64,000 bases of DNA from Candidatus Eiseniibacteriota bacterium (lineage in GTDB: Bacteria; Eisenbacteria; RBG-16-71-46): NCBI GenBank assembly GCA_038231135.1, contig JBBRLX010000012.1, positions 32,001-96,000 of the forward strand. Direction: 5' to 3'. A model generated the notes under the pieces. It ran no database searches. It had not been told where the DNA came from and saw nothing but the letters and a program-made list of their open reading frames with translations. Below, piece by piece: positions 46,641 through 55,458 of this stretch (positions are counted from its first letter, which is position 1; every line of letters starts with the position of its first letter). Position numbers and translations under genes: made by a program.

Positions 46641-47776
46641 GCCGCACCTACGACGTCGCCGTGCTCGGGTTGGGCGCGATGGGCAGCGCCGCGCTGTGCC
46701 ACCTCGCGCGCGCGGGCCTGTCGGTGGTGGGGCTCGAGCAATTCGTGAGCCCCCACGCGCAGGGCTCGTCGCACGGCGGCAGTCGCATCATTCGCGAGGC
46801 CTACTTCGAGGATCCCCGTTATGTGCCGCTGGTGCATCGCGCCTACGAGGAATGGGACCGCCTCGAGCGCGACACCGGGCAGCAGCTGCGACGGACGACA
46901 GGCGGAGTGATGATCGGGCCGGAGGCGGGCGTGCTGGTCGCGGGGGCGCTGGCCAGCGCGCGCACCCACGGTCTCCAGTACGAGCTGCTCGGCGCGGCGG
47001 AGTTGCAGCGCCGGTTTCCGGCGTTCCACCCGGCGGACGACATGGTGGGAGTGTGGGAGCCGCGCGCCGGCGTGCTGTTCCCCGAGCGCTGCATCACGAC
47101 GCACCTCGAACTGGCCACGCGCGCGGGCGCCGCGGTGCGGTCGCTCGAGACCGTCCGGTCATGGCGCGCGCGCTCGGGCGCGGTCGAGATCTCGACCGCG
47201 CGCGGCACCGTGCGCGCCGGCCAGCTCGTGCTCGCGTGTGGCGCTTGGATGCCGGGGTTTCTCGATGGCGCCGAGCTGCCGCTCGCGGTCGAGCGCGTGG
47301 TGCAGGCGTGGTTCGAGCCGGTGTCGCCCGAAGCGCTCGTGCCCGAGCGCTGTCCGGTCACGATCTGGGAATACGCCCCCGGCCGGTTCTACTACGCATT
47401 CCCGCTGCTCGACGGCGCGGTGAAGGCGGCGCTGCACCATCAGGGCACGCCTGCCGACCCGGAGCGCGTGCGGAGCGAACCTGAGCCGGCGGAGCTCGAG
47501 CGCATCCGCGAGCCGCTGCGGCGCCACATGCCCGACGCCGACGGACCGCTGCGCGAGGCGCGCGTCTGCCTCTACACGAACACGCCCGACGAGCACTTCG
47601 TGATCGATCGCCATCCCGCGCACAATCAGGTGCTGATCGTGAGCGCCTGCTCGGGCCACGGCTTCAAATTCTCGAGCGCGATCGGCGCGATCGTGACGGA
47701 ATTGGTGCGGGATGGGACGACGTCGGCGGATCTGGCGATGTTCGGGGCGGGGCGGTTTTTGAAGCCCGTTCCTTAA
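46637..47776 (+). CDS. solA: Monomeric sarcosine oxidase / N-methyl-L-tryptophan oxidase
   Basis: GLGAMGSAA, GSSHGGSRIIREAYFE, CLYTNTPDEHFVID, CSGHGFKF; GTGA overlap. Confidence 0.92.
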   Translation: MSRTYDVAVLGLGAMGSAALCHLARAGLSVVGLEQFVSPHAQGSSHGGSRIIREAYFEDPRYVPLVHRAYEEWDRLERDTGQQLRRTTGGVMIGPEAGVLVAGALASARTHGLQYELLGAAELQRRFPAFHPADDMVGVWEPRAGVLFPERCITTHLELATRAGAAVRSLETVRSWRARSGAVEISTARGTVRAGQLVLACGAWMPGFLDGAELPLAVERVVQAWFEPVSPEALVPERCPVTIWEYAPGRFYYAFPLLDGAVKAALHHQGTPADPERVRSEPEPAELERIREPLRRHMPDADGPLREARVCLYTNTPDEHFVIDRHPAHNQVLIVSACSGHGFKFSSAIGAIVTELVRDGTTSADLAMFGAGRFLKPVP

Positions 47777-49161
47777 GGCCGCGATTCCCCGTTCCCTGCC
47801 GCGACCTCACTCCCCAGCCACCGCGCCACGATCTTGTCGCGCCGCTCCTCGAGGATCTTCACCAGGTATTCGACCGCGCGGGGATCGGAGTAGTCTCCGG
47901 CCTCGACGGCGGCGCGGATCAGCTCGTCGGTGAATCCGGCGACGATGCGGGCGCCCCACTTCACGTCGGCGTCGGTGCGCGCGTCGAACGCCGGGTTGGG
48001 AATGAACGGCCGCCAGCTCTGCGGGCGAAACGTATCGGCTTCGAAGTAGCCGACGCTGGGCAGGTTTGGGTCGACGCCGTGTTCCCAGCGGTATGGCGGC
48101 AGCGCGAGCGTCCCGAGCGATCGCGTGACCGTGCCGTAGTCCACGAGGTACTCGTGGCCGTTGCGCGGCGTCTGCGACACCACCGACGCCGACCCGAGGC
48201 AGCCGTTGAAGTCGATCAGATGGTGCCGCACGAACGAGCGGCCGCCGTCGGTGACGTACATGTCGATCGTGTTGCGGGCGCTGCAATCGGTGTGCTGTGT
48301 CCAGGAATTGATCGTCCACAATCCGCGGATCTCACGGCGCAGTTCGTGCGGGATCCGGTCCTCGACATCGTCCTTGCGGCGGCCTTCGTAATGCCATTCG
48401 CCGAGCGGTTTGCCCTTGAGGAACCGGCTGGCGACCACGCGATACGCACTGTCCGCGGCAACCGGCACATCGCGCAGCAGGTCGTCGAGGAACGCCTTCG
48501 TGATCGGATACTTCTTCCCGGCGATGTCGTAGGTGGCGCCAGCGCCGACCACCAAATCGTCGCGGCGGAACCGGGCGATGGTGTTGTCGGGCACGTTGTA
48601 ACCGGCGGCCCAATACAACTTGGACACGACGACGTCGGCCGAGGTCGTGAGTTCCGGCGATGCGGGCGGGTCGAACTTGATCGCGAACCGCACGCCGTTC
48701 GCGTCCTTGATCTGGAATCCCTTCGAGACGCCTTCCGTCTTCGCTCGTACCACCGACCACTTCCCCGGCGCGGGGCCGGTGCCGGGGCCGGCGCCGGTGA
48801 GCATGTCGTGGACGGTCACCGTGCGGTAGCCGACGCGCGGCTGCCACCAGGTGCTCGGCAGGCGCACGCGGCCCTGCTCGTCCACGTTCGCGGCCTCGCG
48901 GCGTCCGACGCCCAGCTTGCGCACCAGCAGCGCCGGGTCGAGCGCGCGCGTCGCCGGCCGTACGAAGCTCTGATGAATCGCGTCGTAATAGTAGGAGATG
49001 CTGGTTGCGCGCGGCATGGGGATGGTGTCGGGCGGAGCGCCGTCGGCATGTGACGCCGGCGCGACGACCAGCGCCGACAACACGGCCGCGAACGCGCACG
49101 ACGTGCGCACGGGCGCGCAGCCAGGCGCCCGCCCGGCCGAACGCGCGAAACCGCGCGTCAT
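47773..49161 (-). CDS. Secreted protein with atypical protein-kinase-like motifs
   Basis: Signal peptide (ASHA/DG); KTEGVSKGF..FAIKFDP..ELTTSADVV; HTDCSARN; HLIDFNG; ATGA overlap with the upstream barrel gene. Confidence 0.65.
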   Translation of the reverse strand: MTRGFARSAGRAPGCAPVRTSCAFAAVLSALVVAPASHADGAPPDTIPMPRATSISYYYDAIHQSFVRPATRALDPALLVRKLGVGRREAANVDEQGRVRLPSTWWQPRVGYRTVTVHDMLTGAGPGTGPAPGKWSVVRAKTEGVSKGFQIKDANGVRFAIKFDPPASPELTTSADVVVSKLYWAAGYNVPDNTIARFRRDDLVVGAGATYDIAGKKYPITKAFLDDLLRDVPVAADSAYRVVASRFLKGKPLGEWHYEGRRKDDVEDRIPHELRREIRGLWTINSWTQHTDCSARNTIDMYVTDGGRSFVRHHLIDFNGCLGSASVVSQTPRNGHEYLVDYGTVTRSLGTLALPPYRWEHGVDPNLPSVGYFEADTFRPQSWRPFIPNPAFDARTDADVKWGARIVAGFTDELIRAAVEAGDYSDPRAVEYLVKILEERRDKIVARWLGSEVAAGNGESRP

Positions 49162-50549
49162 TCCACACCTCCGAGCGAGAACCGGATGCGGACGGACTCG
49201 GGGCCAGCGTCGACACCCGCCATGGCGATCACCTGGTGGAGGTCGCGCAATCGAATCGCGAGGCCACACGAGTGCCGCAAGTCCGTCACGCGCGCGGCCG
49301 CAAATCGCGGGAACACAGTGCCCGTCTCCGCGTGCAGATCACCTTCCAGATGGAGCCCGAGCGGAAAGATGTAACTGAGCTTCGCGGCGGCCTTGTCGAG
49401 GTCGCGGAAGCGTCCGGGTTCCCAGCCCGCGAGGCCGGCGCTGCCGCCGAGGCTCGCGAGATCGGCGATCAGGAACCGGCCGCCGCCCTGGTCTGGACGC
49501 TGATCCGTCGCATCGACCGCGAGCCGCAGCGAGCGCGGATCGTGTCCGAACGAGGCGCCCACCTCGGCTGCGGCGTTGAAGCGGGTGAACGACCTCGCAT
49601 CGGGATGGCCGTCGGAGAACGCGAACGCAGCGCGCGCGCGATCGAACCGCTCGGCGCTCGCCGATGCGCGCCAGCCGTGCGACCAGTGGGGCTGGCCGCC
49701 GCGCGAGTCGCGAGTGAGCGAGCCGCCATAGATGAAATGCTCGACCGGCCGCCCGAGGTTCGCGGCGTCGGCGGGGTACAGCACGTCGAACGACGGCCGG
49801 CGCGGGTCACGCCCGGTAGCCAGCACGGCCTCGCGCGAACCGACCCACAGCAATGCATTGGCGCGCGAACGTTCCGGCCCGCGTATGACCACGGGACTCG
49901 ACGCGGTGGCGCCGGACGGTGTCGGTTCGGGCAGTCTCCGCCACGGTATCGAAACCGTGAGCCGCACGGATTGCAGCCGTTCCGCGAACGCCGCCGCGCC
50001 CGCCTTGGGCGCCGACATTCCGACGCCGTAGTAGAGGTCGCGAGCGCGCCATTCAGAACTCCAGTTCCCGCGCCACGGGCCGAACGTCACCGACATGCGC
50101 TCACGATTGTAGTGATTCGTACTGCCGCTCACGTCCGCAAGGACATGCCCGCGCGTGAACGGGGGTGACCACAGCACCGCGCCGCCGAATCCGGTGCGGT
50201 CGCCCAGCGATGCTGGGGTGACCGCGAACTGGACGCGGCGTTGGAACGCGAAGGCTTCCTTCACCCGGATGTCCAGACGATCCTGCTCCACGTGCAGCAG
50301 GCCGAGATCGGCCGCGCGGCCCAGCGCCGACAGCGGCAGAGAAACGATGCGCCCCGGAAAGCGCAGCACGGATTCCCATCGCTCGGCGGCCGGCACCGCG
50401 GCGGGAGGGTTCCAGGGCCGCTCGGTGCTGGCACGCAGGTCGGTCCCCACGTACGTCGAATCGACGGATCCCGACAACGCCGGGGTCGCGATGCACGCCA
50501 CCATCGACAGCAGCAGCGTGAGTCCGAGGAGCGGCACATGGACGCGCAT
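49158..50549 (-). CDS. Omp85/BamA-TamA-like outer-membrane beta-barrel protein without evident POTRA domains
   Basis: Signal peptide; LYYGVG; LTRDSRG..P..GW; SLGGSAGLAGWEPGRFRD (variant of the LRGY..RF loop-6 motif); alternating beta-strand pattern; IRFSLG near the C-terminus. Confidence 0.65.
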   Translation of the reverse strand: MRVHVPLLGLTLLLSMVACIATPALSGSVDSTYVGTDLRASTERPWNPPAAVPAAERWESVLRFPGRIVSLPLSALGRAADLGLLHVEQDRLDIRVKEAFAFQRRVQFAVTPASLGDRTGFGGAVLWSPPFTRGHVLADVSGSTNHYNRERMSVTFGPWRGNWSSEWRARDLYYGVGMSAPKAGAAAFAERLQSVRLTVSIPWRRLPEPTPSGATASSPVVIRGPERSRANALLWVGSREAVLATGRDPRRPSFDVLYPADAANLGRPVEHFIYGGSLTRDSRGGQPHWSHGWRASASAERFDRARAAFAFSDGHPDARSFTRFNAAAEVGASFGHDPRSLRLAVDATDQRPDQGGGRFLIADLASLGGSAGLAGWEPGRFRDLDKAAAKLSYIFPLGLHLEGDLHAETGTVFPRFAAARVTDLRHSCGLAIRLRDLHQVIAMAGVDAGPESVRIRFSLGGVE

Positions 50550-50628
50550 GAGGAATGCGGAATATGAACCATTCCCCCGCCAAGTCAACGTCCTTGGACG
50601 GCCGCGCCCGCCGGGCTACCCTTTGGGC

Positions 50629-53346
50629 ATGATCGCCCGTCTGGCACGCCTGCTAAAGCTCGAACCCGAGGAAACCCGGCTTGCGCTGGCGTTCGGGGCG
50701 GTGCTGTTCGTGCTCACGGCGTCCTACACGCTCGTCAAGACCGCGCGCGACGCGCTGTTCCTGGCCCACATGCCCGCGAACCGGCTGCCCTACGTCTATC
50801 TGGCCGTGGGCGTGCTCACGACGATCGCGGCCGTGGCGTATGCCCGCGTCACTCGCGGTCGCCGTGCGCTGCAGGCGCTCGAATGGGCGACCTGGTTCTC
50901 GGCCGCGGTCCTCGGCTGGTTCGCCTGGGGCATTCGCGGCGGGGCACACGTCACGGTGGTGGCGTTCTACCTGTGGGTCAACATCTATGGACTTATCTTG
51001 TTTTCGCAGTTCTGGCTGTACGCGAATGCAGCGTCCGATCCGCGGGAAGCGAAGCGCACGTTCGGCATGATCGGCACCGGGGGCATCATCGGCGGACTGG
51101 TGGGCGGCATCGTCGCTCCCGTGCTCGTCGGTCCGGGTGGCCTCCACTCGCTCGTGCTGCTGGCCGCGGTGTTGCTGCTGCTGGCGGCGGCGGCGTTGCG
51201 GTTCGCGTCGGAACGCCGCCGCTCGGCGATGCCTCAGGAGCCGCTGCCGGTCGACGACGCGGCCGGACCGTTCCGGAGTCGCTACGTGCGGTGGCTCGCG
51301 CTCGGGGCATTGTGTTCGGTGCTGGTGGGCACGCTGCTCGACTACCAGTTCAAGGTCGAGCTCCAGCACCGCAACCCCTCGCCGAAGACGATCGCGTCGA
51401 TGTTCGGATTGTTCTACACGTTCACGAATCTCGCCGCGATCGCCGTGCAGTTGTTCGTGTCGCGCTGGTCATTGCGCCGCCTCGGCGCCGGCTGGTCGGC
51501 GGGTCTGCTGCCCGCGGGGCTCACGGTGGGTGCGGCTGCCATGGCATTCGTCCCCGGGTTCGGCGCCGTGGTCGGAGCGCGGACCTGGGATCAGGTGCTG
51601 CGCATCTCGATCAACAAGCCCGCGAACGAGCTGCTGTTCTTCCCGCTGCCGGCCGGCGTGCGGCGCCGCGCCAAGGCGTGGATCGAATCGGGTCTCGAGC
51701 GGCTCGGCGACGCGTTCGCCGGCATCGTGATCCTCGCCACCGGCATGATGTTCGGATCGTCGGTGCGGGTGGTCGCGACGCTGATGCTGCTGCTGATCCT
51801 GGTGTGGGCGGTGGCGTGGATTCGCATCCGCCGCGGCTATGTGCGCGAGCTGGGACGCAACCTGCGGCGCCTGAATCTCGACCCGCGCGGCAGCCGGATC
51901 TCGCTGCGCGAATCCCACGTGCTCGAGGAGATGGCGCGGCTGGTCGACAGCCCTCACGAACGAATCGTGCTGCATGGCATCGAGCTGCTCGAGGAGTCCG
52001 CTCCGGAGCAACTGCGCGAGCGGGTGCCCGAGCTGCTGGATCATCCGGTGGCCGCCGTGCGCGCGCGTGCGCTGCGCGCGATCGGGGCGAACGCCACGCC
52101 GGAGGTCGCGCTGCGCGTCGCGGCGATGCTCCACGATCCGGATCCCGAGGTGCGCATGGCGGCGCTGCGGGTGCAATGCATGGTGGGTGGCGCGCCGTCG
52201 CTCGACACGGCGGAGGCGTTCCTCGGGTCCGACGACCCGCACCTGCGGCGCAGTGCGCTCGAGTGCATGGTCGAGGCGCGCGGCGCGGTGGAGGAGGACC
52301 GCGTCCGGCGCGTCATCGAACGCCGGCTCGACGGGGCGGACACGGCCGACCGTGTGGCGATCGCCGAGGCGCTGGGCCGCCGCGAGCCGCCGACCCGCCT
52401 GCATGAGCTGCTGCCCCCGCTGGCGGACGATGCCGAGCTCACGGTGCGCAATGCCGCGATGGTGAGTGCCGGGCGCGCGGGATTGCGCATACTGGTGCCG
52501 CGGATGATCGCGTCACTGACCCAGCGCCACAGCCGCACGCCGGCGCGCACCGCGCTGGCGTCGTTTGGCGACCGCATCACGGGGACGCTCGGCGACTATC
52601 TCGCCGATCCGAGCTCGGATCTGGCGTTGCGCCGCGAACTGCCCCGCGTGCTCGGCGACATCGCGACTCCCGATGCCGTGATCGCGCTGATGCGCTACCG
52701 CGAGCGCGACGACGTGCGACTGTCGTACCGGGTGCTCAAGGCGATGAACAAGATCCGCGCCCGCACCCGACAGGCGCGATTCCCGCGCGATCTGGTGAGC
52801 GCGGATCTCGAGCACGACGTGCGGAACTTCCTGTTCGCGTTCGTCCACTACCGCAGCTGTCCGATCGGCAACGTGCGGAGCGCCGAGCGCCTGCTGTGCA
52901 TCGCTCTCAACGAGCGCATGGACCAGGCGCTCAATCGCATCTTCCGCCGCCTCGCGCTGATCTACCCGGCGGACGAGACCTACGCCGGCTACCGTGGCAT
53001 CGTGTCCGACAACCCGCGACTGCGCGGCAACGCGCTCGAATACATCGAGAACGTGCTATCGGCGGAACACGCGGCACTGGTGCTGCCGCTGGTCGATGAC
53101 TCCGGTGACGCGGGCCGGCTGCGGTTCGCGGATTCGCGATTCGGCATTCGGTTCGCCGGCTATCTGGAATCGCTGGGGGCGATCCTCGACCACGACGACG
53201 CCTGGCTCGCCATCTGCGCCCTGTACGTCGCCGGCTCGCAACGCGAGGGTTCGCTGCTGGACCACGTGGAACGGCAGACCGCATCGAACCACCCGCATGT
53301 CCGCGCAACCGCGCTGTGGGCGCAGGCGGCACTGGTGACGGCATGA
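50629..53346 (+). CDS. NTT/TLC (Npt1/Npt2-like) nucleotide transporter fused to HEAT repeats
   Basis: YTLVKTARDALFL, FYLWVNIY..SQFW..AN..DPREAKR.F..IG.GG..GG, LDYQF, RISINKPANELLFFPLP..RRRAKAWIE..R.GD; then HEAT repeats (LLDHP..VRARAL, LHDPDPEVRMAAL, LRGNALEYIEN). Confidence 0.85.
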   Translation: MIARLARLLKLEPEETRLALAFGAVLFVLTASYTLVKTARDALFLAHMPANRLPYVYLAVGVLTTIAAVAYARVTRGRRALQALEWATWFSAAVLGWFAWGIRGGAHVTVVAFYLWVNIYGLILFSQFWLYANAASDPREAKRTFGMIGTGGIIGGLVGGIVAPVLVGPGGLHSLVLLAAVLLLLAAAALRFASERRRSAMPQEPLPVDDAAGPFRSRYVRWLALGALCSVLVGTLLDYQFKVELQHRNPSPKTIASMFGLFYTFTNLAAIAVQLFVSRWSLRRLGAGWSAGLLPAGLTVGAAAMAFVPGFGAVVGARTWDQVLRISINKPANELLFFPLPAGVRRRAKAWIESGLERLGDAFAGIVILATGMMFGSSVRVVATLMLLLILVWAVAWIRIRRGYVRELGRNLRRLNLDPRGSRISLRESHVLEEMARLVDSPHERIVLHGIELLEESAPEQLRERVPELLDHPVAAVRARALRAIGANATPEVALRVAAMLHDPDPEVRMAALRVQCMVGGAPSLDTAEAFLGSDDPHLRRSALECMVEARGAVEEDRVRRVIERRLDGADTADRVAIAEALGRREPPTRLHELLPPLADDAELTVRNAAMVSAGRAGLRILVPRMIASLTQRHSRTPARTALASFGDRITGTLGDYLADPSSDLALRRELPRVLGDIATPDAVIALMRYRERDDVRLSYRVLKAMNKIRARTRQARFPRDLVSADLEHDVRNFLFAFVHYRSCPIGNVRSAERLLCIALNERMDQALNRIFRRLALIYPADETYAGYRGIVSDNPRLRGNALEYIENVLSAEHAALVLPLVDDSGDAGRLRFADSRFGIRFAGYLESLGAILDHDDAWLAICALYVAGSQREGSLLDHVERQTASNHPHVRATALWAQAALVTA

Positions 53347-54020
53347 TCGAAGACACTCTGACCCTGGTCGAGAAGACCGCGTTCCTCAAGAGCGTGCCGG
53401 TGCTGGCGTCGATCCCCACCGAGCCGCTCGCGGAGCTGGCGAGCCGCGCTCGTGAGATCTCGCTGGAACCGGGCGAGGTTGCGTTCCACGCCGGCGACGC
53501 GAATACCGGCTCGTACCTGATCATGGACGGGCTGCTGCAGTTGAAGCGCGGTGATGCCGTGGTCCGCGTGTTACGAAGCGGCATGGCGTTCGGCGAGCTG
53601 TGGCGTTCCGATCGCGAACCGCACCAATATCAGTTGATCGCGATCGAGACCTCGCACGCGCTCAACTTCACCAGCGACGACGTGTTCGAGGCCATGAACG
53701 AGTACCCCGAGTTCGGCGTGGCGATGGTGCAGGCATTCGCCCTGCGCATTCACGAAGTGACGAGCCGCGTCCTGGACCTCGAGAGCGTCATCGCGCGATT
53801 GACCGAGGAGCTGGTGCGCCACGGCATCGAGCTGCCCGAGCTGCCGGCGTCGTTGATCGAGCCCATCACGCCGGGCGAGCAGTTGCTCGGAGGCACGTCG
53901 GCGCCGTGGCCCGGGTTGCCGACGGCTGCGGCAACGAAGGCTTCGGCCGGCGGGGCACCCGCCGCCGGACCCGTCGCGCCCGCGCCGTCCGGCACGCCCG
54001 GTACCGAACCCACTTCGTGA
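53343..54020 (+). CDS. Cyclic nucleotide-binding domain protein
   Basis: LTLVEKTAFLKSVP, GEVAFHAGD, YLIMDG, GMAFGEL; ATGA overlap. Confidence 0.8.
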   Translation: MIEDTLTLVEKTAFLKSVPVLASIPTEPLAELASRAREISLEPGEVAFHAGDANTGSYLIMDGLLQLKRGDAVVRVLRSGMAFGELWRSDREPHQYQLIAIETSHALNFTSDDVFEAMNEYPEFGVAMVQAFALRIHEVTSRVLDLESVIARLTEELVRHGIELPELPASLIEPITPGEQLLGGTSAPWPGLPTAAATKASAGGAPAAGPVAPAPSGTPGTEPTS

Positions 54021-55423
54021 CCAAGCCGGACCCGGCGGCCGGACCGGAGGTTCCCGTGCCGGGCGTGGTCGTCCGCCCGATCGGGCCGGAGTTGCTGCGG
54101 CTCGCGCTGCCGGTGCTCGCCTCGCAGCTACTGCGCGTCGGGTATCAATGGGTGGACGCGCTGTGGGTCAAGGGCCTCGGCGTCGATGCCACCGCCGCCG
54201 TGACCACGTCCGTGTTCGTGATGTGGTCGGTCTATTCGCTGCACGACGTGATCGGCCTCGGCGTGTCGCCGTTCGTGAGCCAGCTGCTGGGCGCCGGGGA
54301 TCGGGACCGCGCGGGCGTCGCCGCGTTCAAAGGCGTGCGCGCGTCGGCGCTGCTCGGGCTCATCGGGACGTTCGCCGGCCTGTTCCTGGCGCGCCCGATC
54401 TATCACCTGATGCACGCCGATCCCGGCGTGGTCGATCAGGGCGGCCGGTACCTGTCGGTCGTGCTGTCGGCGGCGCCGCTGCCGATGATCGGCCTCACCT
54501 GCGAGGTGATCATGCGCGCCGCGGGCGACACGCGCACGCCGTTGATGATCGACCTGTTCGCGATCGGCCTCAACGCCGCGCTCGACCCGTTCCTGATCTA
54601 CGGCTGGGGCCCGTTCCCGCGCATGGGCGTCGCCGGCGCCGCGTGGGCCACCGTGATCGCCCAGGCGGTGATGGTGGCGTGCTACCTGACCGTCGCGGCG
54701 CGCGGGCATCGCGCGTTCCCGTTCCGGCGCCGGGCGGCGGGGCCGCCGGTGCGCGTCGCGAGCATGGCGAAGGTCGGGTTCCCCGGGGCGATGATCGGGT
54801 TCCTGTTCTCCGTGGTGTACATCGCGTTTGCGCGGGCAGCCGGAGCGTTCGGTCCGGCCGCACTGGCCGTGGTCGGAGTGGCCAATCGCATCGAGGCGCT
54901 GCATTTCGTGAACTCGGTGGCGCTCGGCGGCGCGGGCGCGACGCTGGTCGGCCAGAACCTCGGCGCCCGCCGCCCCGATCGCGCGGTGCAGACGATCATG
55001 ACCGCGAATCTGTGGAACCTGTGGATCTCGCTCGCGCTCATGACCGCATTTCTGACGTGGCCCGAGATGTTCCTGCACCTGTTCTCGCGCGATCCCGGCG
55101 TGATCGCGCTCGGCGTCCCGTATCTGAGGGTGCTGGCGCTGTGCCTGCCGTTCGTGGGACTCGAGATCGTCACCGCGGAGTGCATCATCGGCTCCGGCCA
55201 CACCGTCGCGATGTCGGTGATCTTCACCAGCGTCTCGATCCTGCGAATTCCGCTGGCGTTCCTCGTGCCGGGGTGGACCGGCACCGGGGTCGTGGGGATC
55301 GCGTGGCTGATCGTGGTGAGCGCCATTTTGCGCTCGAGCCTGATCGTCGGCTGGGCTGCGCGCGGCACTTGGAAAGGCGGGCTGGCGAAGGAGCTGGGGA
55401 GTGGGGTGGATGTGACCGGCTGA
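54017..55423 (+). CDS. MATE family efflux transporter
   Basis: RLALPV, VDALWV..LG, RAAGDTRTP, NAALDPFLIYGWGPFPRMGVAGAAWAT, VGQNLGA; GTGA overlap. Confidence 0.92.
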   Translation: MTKPDPAAGPEVPVPGVVVRPIGPELLRLALPVLASQLLRVGYQWVDALWVKGLGVDATAAVTTSVFVMWSVYSLHDVIGLGVSPFVSQLLGAGDRDRAGVAAFKGVRASALLGLIGTFAGLFLARPIYHLMHADPGVVDQGGRYLSVVLSAAPLPMIGLTCEVIMRAAGDTRTPLMIDLFAIGLNAALDPFLIYGWGPFPRMGVAGAAWATVIAQAVMVACYLTVAARGHRAFPFRRRAAGPPVRVASMAKVGFPGAMIGFLFSVVYIAFARAAGAFGPAALAVVGVANRIEALHFVNSVALGGAGATLVGQNLGARRPDRAVQTIMTANLWNLWISLALMTAFLTWPEMFLHLFSRDPGVIALGVPYLRVLALCLPFVGLEIVTAECIIGSGHTVAMSVIFTSVSILRIPLAFLVPGWTGTGVVGIAWLIVVSAILRSSLIVGWAARGTWKGGLAKELGSGVDVTG

Positions 55424-55458
55424 CGTCGGTGCCAGACGCGCGCCGGCGGCCGCCCCGT

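Noticed and set aside
50155..50628. N-terminal extension of the NTT-HEAT ORF
   Set aside because: It overlaps the divergent barrel gene; transporter-like sequence begins at ATG 50629.
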